In this document: positions 42,790 to 57,499 of the stretch, piece after piece | Layout: every line of letters starts with the position of its first letter | How positions within the stretch are numbered: position 1 is the first letter of the stretch | Assembly: GCA_951406725.2 (NCBI GenBank) | Contig: OX597823.1 | Coordinates: forward strand, 82,770,001 to 82,834,000 | Direction of reading: 5' to 3' | Source of the DNA: Octopus vulgaris | Taxonomy: Eukaryota | DNA length: 64,000 nt | Position numbers and translations under genes: made by a program | Notes under the pieces: model-generated | Seen by the model: the letters and a program-made list of their open reading frames with translations, nothing else | Told to the model about the DNA's origin: nothing | Databases searched by the model: none

Positions 42790-42996
42790 TACCGTATTTG
42801 ATGGCCTTTGGCACATAGACTTATAAGTTGTATCCTAACCTCATCGGCGCATAAGCATGAAAAATAAATCTTAGTACATTAAAACATCTAAGAGAGGCCC
42901 AACATCGCATATAAGACCCAGTGTGGCTGTTTTGTGGCATTTCTTTTTGGAAAACCAATGCGTTTTCTATAGTTTTATATGCCATCAAGTATAGTA
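42790..42996. mobile_element. Small pogo/Tigger-like MITE
   Basis: TACCGTATTTGATGGC ... GCCATCAAGTATAGTA inverted ends. Confidence 0.5.
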
Positions 42997-43589
42997 ATCA
43001 AAACTGTAAAATTACAATGTTATGCTTAATGTTATATAATTATGTTTATATAATTATGATAGCATAATTACATAGGCTAGGTTACACAGTATAATTTACA
43101 AGTGTACGAGCGTAAAATTGACGAAAATATAGCGTTCTTCATTCGATTAAAGAACTGAGTTCAAATCGATATATCGACCATCAAAGCATTGAAGTCAATT
43201 GAGTATTGTTTGAACAAGGATTGATCTCAGCCAAGTGGACTTGCCCTAAATAAACCATTGGAGATTAAGCCATCAAATCGCTGTCTATATAACCCGACTT
43301 GATACGAGATGAGACCACATGCAATAACTTTGATCCTGCTGTATTTGTTTTTGTTGGGAAAGTTAAGAAAATAAGAAAGAAGCTTAATGGATAATATTCT
43401 TATCTAATTAAGAAATAAGTTTTGATGATGTTACATGATGGGAGTTGATTAATTGAAATCAAAATATTCGTTCACGATAATCATTTTAGGCTCAAAGATT
43501 AAACGTTCTGGTTTTTGAAGAATGCCTTACTAATCCTTAGAGAAGCTGCAACTTGTAATCATGAAAGGAAATTTAAGAACCCGGAAATC

Positions 43590-43600
43590 AGGTTATGCAA

Positions 43601-43635
<35 letters not shown>

Positions 43636-43806
43636 AGCGCACGTGTGTGTTTGTGTGCGTATGTATGCATGTGTATAAAGGTATACATATACAAGTGGGT
43701 TGATATATATGTTTATGTACACACGCACAATCACACACACTCACATACACACGGACTTACATGTAAATATGTATACATGTGTAGCTATACTCACACACGC
43801 ATGCAT

Positions 43807-43865
<59 letters not shown>

Positions 43866-43981
43866 CATATATATATATACACAAACATAAACACACACAT
43901 TAGTTAATTCTGCGAATACATATGTATATGCGCTAACACACTCTCACACGCATAAACATACATGCATGGATACAACTCTAC

Positions 43982-44025
<44 letters not shown>

Positions 44026-45035
44026 GTGTGTGTGTGTGTGTGTATGTGTGATGTGTGTGTGTTTGTGTGTGTGTGTATAGTTATACACATATATATATAT
44101 ATGCATATATCTATCTATCTAGTTATCTATTTATCTATCTATCTGCATATATATACATGTATATATGTGTATGTATGTATGTATGTATATATATATGTAC
44201 GTATATTTATATGTATGCATGTATGTGTATGTATGTATGTATGCATGTATGTATGTATGTATGTATGTATGTATGTATGTATGTATGTATGTATGCATGT
44301 ATGTATGTATGTAAGTATAACAGCATTCATGTGTGCTTCGTTGAGGCTATGAAAACATTCTAACGCTCTCCGATATTAACCAGCCAGAATACTTGGATTA
44401 TGTCCAAACCAATAGACTCAGATCCTAGTTTACCGTTCCATCCGTGCCAACACAACCATTGGGAACTGAATGGAAATTTAAATAAAAAATGAATAATAAT
44501 GTTCATTAACGTCAGTTAATTTATATTATTTCTGTCTAACGCACCATGCGTCTCCTCATACGTGTATGTATGTATACTTGTATATATGTATGTATGTATG
44601 TTTATATATATGTATGTGTGTATGTATGTATGCATGTATGTATGTATATATTTATGTATGTATGTATGCATGTATGTATGTATGTATGTATGTATGTATG
44701 CATGCATATATGTATGTATGTATGTTTATATATATGTATGTGTGTATGTATGTATGCATGTATGTATGTATTTATGTATGTATGTATGTATGCATGTATG
44801 TATGTATGCATGTATGTATGTGTGTATGTATGTATGCATGTATGTGTGTATGTATGTATGTATGTATGTATGTATGTATGTATGTATGTGTGTATGTATG
44901 TATGCATGTATATGTATGTGTGTGTGTATGTATGTATGCATGCATGCGCGTATGTATGTATGCATGTATGTACGTTGTATGTATGTCTGTATGTATGCAA
45001 GTATGAATGAAAGTGTGTATTCATACATATGTATG
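43590..45035. repeat. Compound (TG)/(TA)/(TATG)n microsatellite field
   Basis: Direct inspection; about 450 bp of degenerate TATG at 44560-45005. Confidence 0.9.
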
Positions 45036-45143
45036 TACAGAGGTTGGACAAAATAATGGAAACACCTAGCATCATAGCATCATCATTTTGAAATATCTAT
45101 AAAACCATCTAAGCTTGTTTATCTTTATGCTTTTTATTTATTA

Positions 45144-46155
45144 CTAGCAGTATCGCCCGGCGTTGCTCGGGTTTGTAAGGGAAATAACTATATAAGCATT
45201 TTTAGTGAGTTATAGCAAAAAAATAGCAAAAAATGCATTAAAAATGGAATAAAAAATGATGGCAATTTTTTTTTTAAATCGTTGACTCATCGTAGACATT
45301 TTTAGAGAGTTACTTCCCTTATATAATAGCGAAAAATGCATTAAAATGGAATAAAAAATGATGGTAATTTTTTTTTAATCGTTGACTCATCGTAGACATT
45401 TTTAGAGAGTTACTTCCCTTATATAATAGCGAAAATGCATTAAAACGGAATGAAAAATGATGGTACATTTTTTTTTAAATCGTAGACTCATCGTAGACGC
45501 GCGCTAATACCCTGAAGGGCTCGATATGAATCACGACTATAAGATACCCGGTTTTGGTTAAACTGCACCGCAAAATGCGGGAGTAGTTAGAAATCTAAAT
45601 CGTAGGAGACAGACACACAACCTTACTTTTATATATAAAGATTTGTGCAACAACTAAAACATTCGGTTGTACAAATTGTTTGCACAGGAAACCTGCCCTG
45701 TGTGGCGGTAATTGCCGTTTTTGTGGATCTGTTTCAGCTTTTTTAGCGATTTCTGTTTTGGCGACTTCAAGCCATGAAGTCGTTGTTCTAAAAGAACGCT
45801 GGTCTCCTTGACAACGCATTACGACGTTGATTTCCTTACACTCCCTTCCCCACAGCTTCACGAGGGAGGGAAGAAGGGGGAGAAGCAACACAGGTGCAGC
45901 TGTGAGCGTGGACGCCAACTCCGCCGCCATCGACACACGAAAAAATATGCATTAAAATGGAATAAAAAGTGATGTTAAATTATTTTTTAAATCGTAGACT
46001 CATCGTAGACGCGCGCTAATACACAGACGGGCTCGATATGAATCACGACTATAAGATACCCGAATTTGGTTAAACTGCACCGCAAAATGTGGGAGTAGTT
46101 AGGAATCTAAATCGAAGGGGACAGACTCACACAACTACAGTTTTATATATATAGA
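45144..46155 (-). mobile_element. Non-autonomous Helitron, composite with two 5' ends
   Basis: Minus strand: A|TCTATATATATAAAA 5' end at 46155, second TCTTTATATATAAAA at 45641, 3' hairpin CCCGAGCAACGCCGGG and CTAG|T at 45144; ~100-bp internal tandem repeats. Confidence 0.85.
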
Positions 46156-46236
46156 TTAGTGTTGCTTCATATGTTTTGCTAAAATTCCTTTTTCTTTTCA
46201 GATATCATCAGAAAAAGGTAATTAAAATTCATTAAA

Positions 46237-47058
46237 ATGACAGATCCATCGGACTTTCAAAGAGGTCAAGTTGTTGGTGTTCGTATGCCAGGCGCTAGCG
46301 TATTGAAAATAGTCGAAATGTTTGGTGTATCAACAAGTACTGTCCCGAAAGTCATGACAGCCTTTGAGAAAGAGGGAAAAATCACCTCGTCGAAACAAAA
46401 CTCCGGAAGAAAGCCAAAACTTTGAGATACGGACCGTTAGACTTACGCGAATTGTTAGAAAGAATCACAAAATTACAGCTCCTAGAATTACTGCAGAGCT
46501 TAATGACCATATTGAGAACACATTTTCCACAAAAAACTGTTCGCAGGAGCTGCACAAAGCCAGATTTTATGGGAGCGATGCAATCAGAAAACAAACGTTA
46601 CAAAGCGTTTAGAATTGGTCCCTAGAGCAGTGGAAGAATGTTAGTTTCTCGGATGAGTGTGGAGACAGCCAAGAGAAGCATTTGATCCAGCCTGCCTTCT
46701 TCCAACTGTTCAGCATGGAGGAGGATCTCTGATGATCTGGGGGCTATATCTTGGAAATCCGCCGACCCAATGTTTTCTCTTCATGGCAGAAATAATAGTC
46801 TAGACTTTTTAAGCTTTATCTTATCCAGTTCATCCTATGGTTGCGAAACTGTTTCCAGAAGGAAATGCAATCTTTCATGATGATAATACACCATTTCATA
46901 CAGCTAAAGTTGTTATTGAGGAACATTGTAGTGAAGTTGAAAATCTTATCTGGCCACTACAGTCCCAGATCTTAATATTATTGAACATTTATGGTGCACT
47001 TTCGAAAAATGGTGTCGATATCCTTCACCATCATCACTGCAAGAAATGGAGACCGTTT
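46237..47058 (+). pseudogene. Disrupted Tc1 transposase
   Basis: SDFQRGQVVG..FGVSTSTV..SGRKPKL, FSDE, VQHGGGSLMIWG, FHDDNTPFHTAK, WP.QS.DLNIIEHLW across frames. Confidence 0.88.
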
Positions 47059-47279
47059 TAGCGTTTCGGCAAAACAGGTCGATAGAATAAGTCCTGGGGT
47101 CGATTTGATCGACTAAAGGTGGTGCTCCAGCATGTCCGCAGTCATATGACTGAAACAAATAAAAGAATATATATATATATAAGCCAGTTGGATATGTTAG
47201 CATCAAAGATTTACTTACAGGGAAAGCGATCATATATCAACTGAGGGGATACAACTGGATCCCGTTATACAGGCAAACC

Positions 47280-47509
47280 TATTTCTTTACTACCCACAGG
47301 GGGCTAAACAAAGAGAGGACAATCAAGGACGGACAAACGGATTAAGTCGATCATATCGACCCAGTGCGTAACTGGTACTTATTTAATCGACCCCGAAAGG
47401 ATGAAAGGCAAAGTCGACCTCGGCGGAATTTGAACTCAGAACGTAGCGACAGATGAAATACTGATGAGCATTTCGCCCGACGTGCTAACGATTCTGCCAG
47501 CTCGCCGCC
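47280..47509 (-). mobile_element. SINE family A monomer with 15-bp TSD
   Basis: TTATACAGGCAAACC at 47265-47279 and 47510-47524; defines a 230-bp unit ending AAAGAAATA. Confidence 0.92.
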
Positions 47510-47807
47510 TTATACAGGCAAACCGTTGCTTAATTTAAATCCTTTGTATAAGTGTATTTATGGTACTCCTTACTGTTGACTCTATTTATTCCTAATATAT
47601 GTATATATACATATATATATATATGTATGTATGTATGTATGCATTTATGTATACATATATCTACACATATATGAGTACGTTCTTATGTGCATATATGTAC
47701 ATATATATGTGACTATATATACACGTATATATAATTCTATTTTATATGTATTTGCACCTTTATATTGCATGTGTATATATATATTTATGCAAAATATGCA
47801 TATAAAC

Positions 47808-47845
<38 letters not shown>

Positions 47846-48679
47846 TCTCTGTTCATTTCTACCTTTGTAGGTAGTATTCTGCCCCACCTCGCCTCTGTTT
47901 ATGATGGACAATAACACATTCAGCGACCATACTTCCTTCTTTTGTTTATCCAGGTGTCAACTTTGATTGATGCAAAGGATGATCAAAAGCAATCTCGCCG
48001 TAACGATCTAATTAATTTAAGATCTGGGATTATATTGTCGGATATGTCCCTAGTTTGGGAGAATTCATTTCAAATTTTTCCGCTTGAGCAACTACGTGCA
48101 GGTCTCACAGTATTCCATTTAGCAGCATAACTACACTTTTATAACGCGTCTCTATCAAATATTTAGTGACAAACATTTGTGTTACATGCATGTCGCCCAT
48201 TTTAAATATTTGCCGCCCTTTAAAAAATGACAACGTACGAAGACAGACAAGATGGCCAGAGACTAGAAACAGCAGACATAATGTCAGATAAACTGCATTG
48301 GATTATTTGTTCTGGCCCCCTACCTTTTGTGCAGCGTTGTCTCAGAGTATGAGAACGATGGACTGTTGCTCAGCAACCTCGTGGGTCTAGAGATTTAATT
48401 CTTATCTATGTATCTAGGGATTTAATTTTTATCTACGTATTTGATTCCTATCTATGCTTTCAATAAATTAATTCTATAAAACCGAGTGCATTAACTTTGA
48501 TCGGTGGCATATAATGCCAATAAGATGACCCTGCTTCTCAGGACGGATTCCTTCGAGGCAAACCTTGTCCTTCATTCATTTGAGGTGAATACAACCGATT
48601 AAAAGTCACTTAGATACTGCTAGTCTTTTGTCTTAATTATTTGCACACACATGTAAAAACACTCATGTACATGCATATA

Positions 48680-48899
48680 CAGGATTGGCCAAAAGTCACA
48701 TGACAGTAAATCAAAACGATTTTATTTCGAAATTTATTTAAGTTTAGCAACTGAATGAATTTAATAAAATCATCTAAATATATAACATCAAACTGAAGCC
48801 CTTCTTGAGCGACACATTTTTTCATTCGAGTCAATGCAGAGTTACAGATAGTATTTATGGAATTTTGAGTTACTGTCGGGTAACTTTTGGCCAAACCTG
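48680..48899. mobile_element. Tc1-like MITE
   Basis: TA|CAGGATTGGCCAAAAGTCACATGACAGTAA ... TTACTGTCGGGTAACTTTTGGCCAAACCTG|TA. Confidence 0.8.
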
Positions 48900-49064
48900 T
48901 ATATATAAATATAGATTTCTGAATGGCAACTGATTATCCAGATTTAATCAAATTCACAGGATATCCAAATATCTCCCCGTTCGCCATCCAGGATGCACTG
49001 TTGCTGCTTTCAACACCTACGATGTAAGCATGTAACTAACCTACCTGTACCTACAAACGACCTA

Positions 49065-49192
<128 letters not shown>

Positions 49193-49198
49193 CTGTCT

Positions 49199-49274
<76 letters not shown>

Positions 49275-49454
49275 TTTCTGTGATATACGATTCCTTTTGA
49301 TCGCTTTTTTTTTCACTATCCCCTTTTGATCGGAATTTTATTTTTCTCCTGTTTTTCTATTTTCAAAAAGAAAAGCTCTACATTGTATTTTGTCTCCTCT
49401 GTTTTCTGCCCTGTGTGGCTAATAAAGAAAATTATCTACCAATCTGTCTATCAT

Positions 49455-49578
<124 letters not shown>

Positions 49579-49756
49579 TAGACTCATATGTATGCATCTG
49601 TATATATATATGTGTGTGTACACGTGTTCAACGTCAGAGTGGAACATCATTAGCTAGAATTTTAACTAAACAACTTGCAGTTTCTGACTTCCTGTACTCT
49701 TACGTCATCGGCAGGAAGACATATCCTTATAATACATAGAAGTGGGGCTTCACGCG

Positions 49757-49853
<97 letters not shown>

Positions 49854-49937
49854 TATATATTCACGTACATACTCGCATGCACATTTACACGCGCTCGCGC
49901 TCATGCACACACACATACACACCGACGTACACATATA

Positions 49938-50026
<89 letters not shown>

Positions 50027-50405
50027 CACTCTTTCATAAGCATTCGAAGCTAATTAGATAACTGAACCAATGTCATATGAGCATATAAATGATGTAAATG
50101 TATTTAAGAAACTGCGTAACACTGCCAAAACCCGAAACTGCATCCATCCTAAGCCACCAGGCTTTCAGCGGCCTAGGAAATAATTTCGCCATAATTAAAT
50201 CACTGAACAGCTCCAAACTAGAAATCTGACTCACACCTGGTGTATTCTTCACATATCTGATAAGGAGCTTCTTTCATACATGAATTATTCCAGGATGCAA
50301 CCTAAGGGGATCAATTTAGGTGTGACTCATCAACACTATAGCCAGTGTCTTCTAAACTTGTTTTTTTCCCCTCTTTCTCTTGTTCTTGGCTACTGTAATT
50401 ACATA

Positions 50406-50457
<52 letters not shown>

Positions 50458-51241
50458 CAGGTAGCTTCTTCAACGTCGTTCAGCCTGCTCGAAATAACAG
50501 CGAAATCTCTATTAAATCATACTGTTCTTTGTAAAGGGACGAGGGATTGGATAATGTTACTTTAGAATTACTGTATGAACAAATGATTGGATGGTCACGG
50601 TTGAACCCTCTGTTTTTAGACCTACCAAAGTGATACACAATGACAACGCTTGTGATATTGCAATCAACAGTCTATACCATATAAGCAGAGAGCGTCTGTG
50701 TCGATATTTGAAATACTAGAAATACAACCAAATCTGCATCAGACCATATACTGTCGCTTTAAAATGGAAGGTCAAGTAAGGAAATTTAGAATACGCCTTA
50801 AACGATGGCTAGTCACCGTTGGGACACCGTTGGGACACTTGTTCTCTGTTCTCTCAGTGTTGACCTGAGACAGAACAACGAGAACTGGCTTTTGCTTCAC
50901 TTATACGTCCTGTTATACACCTTGGCATATTTCCCTTTCTCTTTTCAGCCATAGTGTTTCTCCCTCTGATGTCAGTCTTAAATGTCGTTATCGAACAAAG
51001 CGGTGCTCAACGAAGATTCGTGTGACCCTTGGTGGACCGTATAAGATTTGTGTGTGTGTGGGGGGGGGGGGGGCACACAAGTAAAATACTAAATTAGGGA
51101 ACCACAGAAGTATTTTAAAGTTCATGAAAAAAAGTTGTTTCGGTTGTCTTTATTGCATGAAACAGGCTTCTTCCTCAAATGTTTTATATAGTACGACATG
51201 CTTCTGACCACTGCCACTGGGACATGTTTTCTTAGAGTGAG

Positions 51242-51334
<93 letters not shown>

Positions 51335-51996
51335 TTCTCTATCTGGCGCACGAGAGCTCCTGTTCTATGTACGCCTTGCAACACATGCAGCTCAGTCTCT
51401 TTGTCTTTGTGTCTGTGTTTGTCCCCAACCACCATTTGACAACCTGTGTTGGGGTGTTTATGTCCCCGCTACTAAACTTTTCGGCAAAGAGTCCGACAGT
51501 ATAATTACCTGGCTTAAAAGATAAATAAATACTGGGGTCGATTTATTCAACTAAAAATTCTTCAAGACTGTGCTCCAGCATGGCCGCAGTCTAATGACTG
51601 AAGCAAGTTAAAATGACAGAGGAAACTAGTTTTTAAGTATCGAATGGCTATGGGGGTCAACGAAAGTAAAATAGCAACTGAGTGGTGTCCATAGGCAAAA
51701 ATGTTTCAGAGTCGCTGATCTAACATTTTCATTAATCATTCGCATTGGGCTGTCGTATTATTCCTGGGAACATTTGTTTCCCTTAGTCCCCTTTTCTATA
51801 GGTTTTCCCTATCTATCTCAGCAACCAAGAAGCACCAACAGAGCTTACGAGGATTGCTTCTTTTACTAGCTAACACACGTGTGTGGGGGGTTGTTTGGGT
51901 GGGTGGATGGTGGGTGGATGTGTGCATGCGTATGTGGACACAGCACGGTAACATAGACGAGTGGTTAAGATTTCGTTTCACAACCACGATGGCCTG

Positions 51997-52536
51997 GTCG
52001 TGAAATTTTTCCCACGAGAGTTCCGGATCCCAGTTATGAAATCATTTGCATCAACCATCAAACTAATTTATGAGCGTATAACAAGTGATGGGCGATAAGA
52101 TATGATCACTTGGGTAAGGAATGACCATGCTTCTTTTCACTTTTAATAATGCTTCTTGTTCTTCTTCCTGTTTCAACCATGGCTGCCTCTGCGTAGTTAT
52201 TTGTGTTGTTGTTTACTTTATAAAGCAGTAAGGAGAGAGGGTTGCAAGCATATCACCCTCTACCTACATTTTTCCCATACATATCTTTATCATATGGGGC
52301 CCTAACAAAATCATATGGGGCCCTAACGATAAAAAGTTATAGATGCAAATCTATCTAATTACTTGTCTCCTTCTAAAATCAGGCATAACTTGGCGACCGT
52401 TCTTCGTCTTGTGTTTACTTGGTAGTGTGTGTTTGTTAACCTGACAACAAGGTCAATGTGAGCTCTGATTGGTTGTATGCAAATGAGTTCATTACTGGGA
52501 TCCGGAAATCTCGTGAGAAAAAAAAAATTTCGCGGC
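51997..52536. mobile_element. MITE-like element with ~65-bp imperfect TIRs
   Basis: GAAATTTTT..CACGAGAGTTCCGGATCCCAGTTATGAAATCATTTGCAT versus ATGCAAATGAGTTCATTACTGGGATCCGGAAATCTCGTGAG..AATTTC. Confidence 0.75.
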
Positions 52537-53057
52537 ATTGTCCTCGTTTGATTCCACAACCTGCAATATTGAATGTCTCCATTACCTTAGTACCAACTAG
52601 GGCTATGTGGAGAAAACTGAGCAGACGGAAAATGTTCGTTGGAATCCCGCGTGAAGGGTTGCACCCGTCATTCAAAAGGCTGGCTTTGTCAGGCAGTGTC
52701 ACACTTATTCGACATAAAAATTACATTCATAGTACTTATATCCTTGGAATACTCAGCCACTTACGCATTTATTCAGTGGTTCTCAACCGGGGTCTGTAAA
52801 ATTTTCAGTTACTCGTTAAAGGATGCATTGTTCTCAGCGAGTTAAGAACTGTTTGCTGGCATCCAAGTCTCCATCTCTCTCTCTTTCTATCTCTCTCTCC
52901 CCTCTCATTCATTCTCTTTTACTCTCTCCTCTCTATTTGTATATGTAATGTGTGTGTGTGTCATATACGTGTACATGCTGACACACAGACGAATGCACAC
53001 ACGTATATTCACAAATAAATTCTCATATTCATATAGATATATGTAAATATATATACG

Positions 53058-53128
<71 letters not shown>

Positions 53129-53200
53129 ATATATATATATATATATACATATGCATACACATTTTCTGTTTTCCCTTCTCGAGATCTTTCCTTTTCCTAT

Positions 53201-53235
53201 GTCTCAGATGAAGAGCTCCGTTCGAAACGTTAAAC
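53201..53235 (+). ncRNA. Degenerate minimal hammerhead-like motif
   Basis: GTCT-CAGATGA-AGAGC-TCC-GTTC-GAAACGTT-AAAC. U4 is changed to A; lies in a ~165-bp element between TA tracts. Confidence 0.45.
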
Positions 53236-53317
53236 CCTCCTTCTTCCCTTCTTTCCTGAGCGTCCAATAATACTATATTTGTTCCACGTCCTTTTTTGTG
53301 TTTGCTTCTTTGGATTA

Positions 53318-53362
<45 letters not shown>

Positions 53363-53394
53363 AATATATATATATATACACACATATGCATATA

Positions 53395-53437
<43 letters not shown>

Positions 53438-53563
53438 GTATATATATATGTATATATATGTATATATATATATGTATATATATTTGTATGTATATATATA
53501 TATACATATATAAATGTATGTATATATGTGTACATATACATATATATATAATATATACATATG

Positions 53564-53601
<38 letters not shown>

Positions 53602-53683
53602 CATATACATATAGATACTTATAATGTATATATGTATATATATGTATATATGTATGTATATTTATTTATATATACACATGTAC

Positions 53684-53722
<39 letters not shown>

Positions 53723-53737
53723 TATATATATATATGC

Positions 53738-53787
<50 letters not shown>

Positions 53788-54477
53788 CGTGTGTTTGTGT
53801 TTGTATATGCGTCTGTATGTAGGTGTATATGCAACTTCGCCTGCATACCTACATTCGGGTGACTTCATAAATACCTACTACAATAATCAATCTTACAATT
53901 ACTACTGTACTACGCAAAGTAACCCTCCAGCTCGACTAGCCCTGTACTTTTCTCTCTCTCTCTCTCACTTCTTCTTACTCACTTTCCCTACTGACCCATA
54001 CTATTCTCTTTGTTTACCTCCAACCTTTTGCTCTCTGAAGCCATATCTTAAATATTATGTATTTGAAGGTGACCCAGAGTTTAATCAATGGTCAGCTAGC
54101 TGTCTGCAGTGGACTTAATTATTCAAACTATATACGTTAGCCAAGTTCTGCTACTACCACCTAATATGGTTTCACAGACCAGCAAAATATATTTGTAGGA
54201 AAAAGTAAAAAATATTAGTATGAAAAAAAAATGAGAAAAAGCTTAAAATGCTGGAGGAAAATAATACATACATACATACATACATACATACATACATACA
54301 TACATACATACACACATACATACACACATACACACACACACACACGTATATATATATATATATATATATATAGAGCATGTATAGTTATATATATATGATT
54401 AGTTAATATATTTATTTACTAATTTCTTAGACGATTTCAATAGTAAATCATTAATAATAATAATAATAATAATAATC

Positions 54478-54860
54478 CTTTCTGTTATAGGCACAAGGCC
54501 TGAAATTTGCGGGGAAGGGGGTAAGTCGATTACATCGACACCAGTGCGTAACTGGTGCTTATTTAATAGACTCTGTAAGGTGGAAAGGCAAAGTCGACCT
54601 CTGCGGAATTTGAACTCAGAACGTAACGGCAGACGAAGTACCTATTTCTTTACTACCCGCAACGGGCTAAACACAAAGAGGACAAACAAGGACAGACAAG
54701 CGGATTAAGTCGATTATATCGACTCCAGTGCGTAACTGGTACTTATTTAATCGGCCCCAGAAAGGATGAAAGGCAAAGTCGACCTCAGCGGAATTTGAAA
54801 TCAGACCGTAGCGGCATACGAAATACCGCTAAGCATTTTGCCTGCCGAGCGAACGTTTTT
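54478..54860 (-). mobile_element. SINE family A dimer next to (TAA)n
   Basis: Two family A bodies joined at TACC|TATTTCTTT. Confidence 0.88.
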
Positions 54861-55014
54861 GCCACAAGGGCGAAGGATGACGGAGACAATACAAAGACAA
54901 ACATAAAGTGGTGGGGTTTACATATAATGAAATGATGAAAAAATAAATGTGAACGAAAGATAGAAAGTATACACGATTTACACTGAAAACAAAGGGACAT
55001 ATGCATAGCATACT

Positions 55015-55640
55015 AAGATTTTAAAAGAGGGTGGCGGAGAAGGTGATAGAGATGTGACCCTCCTGATATAGAAGGCCTCTAGGGATAATGGAGGAAACCC
55101 CACTGTTCGAGATTTCTCTGAAGCCTCAGGATCAAACGCCCTCCCTTATTCCTTCTCTCCGACTCACAGGTCTACACTTAAAGAGGTACCATCCACTCTT
55201 GCCATTTTTCGCAACTTTCACCAATCTCTCAATAAACTCACTCGAGGAGAGTAATTCCCTCACCACTCTCAATTTCCTTTTCAAGTGAAACTTGAAGAAG
55301 TCGATGAGAGCCCTGCCTAAGAGGAATGTGTCTGTCCTCATGCTTTTCAACCTTGTCCACCAAACAACCACTTTCGCCACAGCCACCAGGCAAAGGAAAA
55401 TTGCTATGCCTGCCCCATTGAAGGAGGGCGACGGTGCGATCATCACTAAAGACACGACCGACAGATGGATCCGTACCACACGTGAAAGCAGCTGTTCGGC
55501 ATAACTCCACAGGTTAGCAATGTCCGGACGCTGGACAAATGTATGCAGAACGGTTCTGTCATTCTGTGCGCACCTCGGACACGCCCGTCTGACAGCACAT
55601 CCTTGCCTGTAGAGTTCATCTCGAACTAGTAGCGCTGCCA
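55015..55640 (-). mobile_element. L1/Tx1-like LINE 3' end (zf-RVT region)
   Basis: VRDELYRQG..CPRCAQNDRTVLHTFVQ.P.IANLW..AVAKVVVWWTR within ORF 55132-55776. Confidence 0.75.
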
Positions 55641-57199
55641 GATCGAGGACATCTGGAATAAACGAATATATGTGTGTGTGTGTGTATCTATACAGACTCC
55701 CTTGCAATAAGCCATTTTTGGTTACTTTGTTGGCCCTCACAGACTTATGCGGCATCACAGAAGTGGCAACGACCAAAGTGTCGAAGATTTTACCACCATT
55801 ATCTTTTAATATGAAAAGCGGAGAGCTGGCAGAAAGGTTACCACACCGGGCGAAATTCTTTACGCTCTGAATTCAAATTCCGGTGAGGTCGATGAAGTAA
55901 TACCAGTTGTGTACTGGTGTCGATCTAATCGACTGGCCCCCTTCCCCAAAATGTCAGGCCTTGTGCCTAGAGTACAAAAGCGTATCTTTTAATATGGCCC
56001 CTGGATTCTGCACTCAATATTCTGGGCTACGAGTTTCTAATCTGGTGCCTTAACGCAGTAAGCTGCCCCCTATTTTTTTCACCTCTCATCCCTTTGAGTA
56101 TTACGTATATGTCTCTGTCATATTGTCCCCGGCTGGCTGAGGATGTGCAATTCTACACAAATGATAGGGCTACATTGGTCTAAAAATAAACGAAGCTCTC
56201 TTTCTTGAAGCAGCGATGAGGGAAATTTTTTACTTGTTCTTCTATACTTCGAACTGAAACAAATGCATTTTTACACACAATAAAGAAAAGAAAAAGAAAT
56301 GCAAGCTCCTGTATTTCACAATGTAAGAGACTGGTGTATGAATGCAGCTTCCTTGGTTTGGAAAAACACACGAAAGAAAAAAGAACCTAAAAACTCATTC
56401 ACTGTTACTGAGTTCAATCTCAGTGTGTATTCCATTGCCTAACGAAACGAGTCTTGCTGTGTTGCTATGACTATCGTATGTTATTACAAAGGCAACGAGC
56501 TCGCACAAATGTGCAGAGCGTTGGAACCTGTTTTGCAACATTATTTTTCCTGTGATTACTTTCTGCACTCAAATCTCACTGAAATCACCTTTAGCTTTCG
56601 TCCTTTACAGAGTCGATAATATAATGCATCAGTCAAGTCGTGCTGTCCATGGTATCAAGTACCTACCCACCAGCTTCCCTCAAAATCTCTGGTAATGTGC
56701 CTAAGTCATAAAATCATTATTATCTGTTGCTATCATTATTCAAGTTGTTTAAATTGTTTTAAAATAACTAATTTTCAGTCAAAAAATCATTATTTTGGTT
56801 CTGAGAGATATGTGTTCAGAATTTTTATTGTCCCTTCCTCTCAAATATCTTTAAAAATTTGTCTGTTTTTGTTCGAATTTTATGTGGGGGCGTTATTCAA
56901 ATACTTTATCCCTTTTCTTCCCAAATTAAAATCGTTTTTATTTGCAGTCAACTCGAAAAAATGTTGCCTAACTTAGACAGAAGGCCAGCAATCTTGAGTA
57001 GAAACTCTGTTTATAATGATTTTTCCATAAATTTTCAGGTGGCAATAATTCACAATACTGGAGAGAAAGAGCAAACACATTATTATTACTGGCAAAATCG
57101 TTAGGTCGTCAGAAGAGACGCTTTAACTTCACCTTCAAAGTTGCGGTCATGCTGGGGCACCACTGTTGACTGAGCTACACCATTATTTGAAACCTCCTC

Positions 57200-57400
57200 T
57201 GATATGTGGCATTTGGTCAATGAAGGAGTTTGATGCTGCTACCCTCATCTGTGTTTCCTGCCGTGCGGTAGGTTCGTCTGGAACCCTTGACAGGAAGAGA
57301 TCGAGTTTTGTTTTAACGACATTTACATCCACACCAGGCATTTTGGAAGGATGTTGAAGAACTGTGGGCCCTTGAAGCCCAAGCTGTTGCCGTATCTGAT
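57200..57400 (-). mobile_element. CR1/L2-group LINE 3' fragment
   Basis: NSLGFKGPQFFNILPK..VDVNVVKTKLDLFLSRVPDEP..AASNSFIDQ. Confidence 0.7.
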
Positions 57401-57499
57401 CCTGTACGTTGATGGCGATGCTAGTTTATTAATAAAATGTTAATCTATTGGTTATTTTATGAATTAAATGTTAGTTTATGAATTAAACGGTAACATATT

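Larger units (their letters stand above)
45038..47058 (+). mobile_element. Tc1-family transposon relic, interrupted by a Helitron; right end lost
   Basis: TA|CAGAGGTTGGACAAAATAATGGAAACACC left TIR; transposase relic downstream. Confidence 0.85.

Noticed and set aside
47930-48005. Polypyrimidine-CAG acceptor with a possible 46-nt exon (similar acceptors at 29703, 39589, 50948)
   Set aside because: Weak or absent donors and no recognisable peptide; such signals are common by chance and need RNA-seq
49672-49720. Minus-strand CCGATGA...GAAAC motif
   Set aside because: No stem I complement after the putative cleavage site
50110-50180. TAACACTGCC...TCCTAAGC resembling a twister ribozyme
   Set aside because: The P4 flanks (TCCA/CACC) and P1 do not pair, so the required architecture is absent
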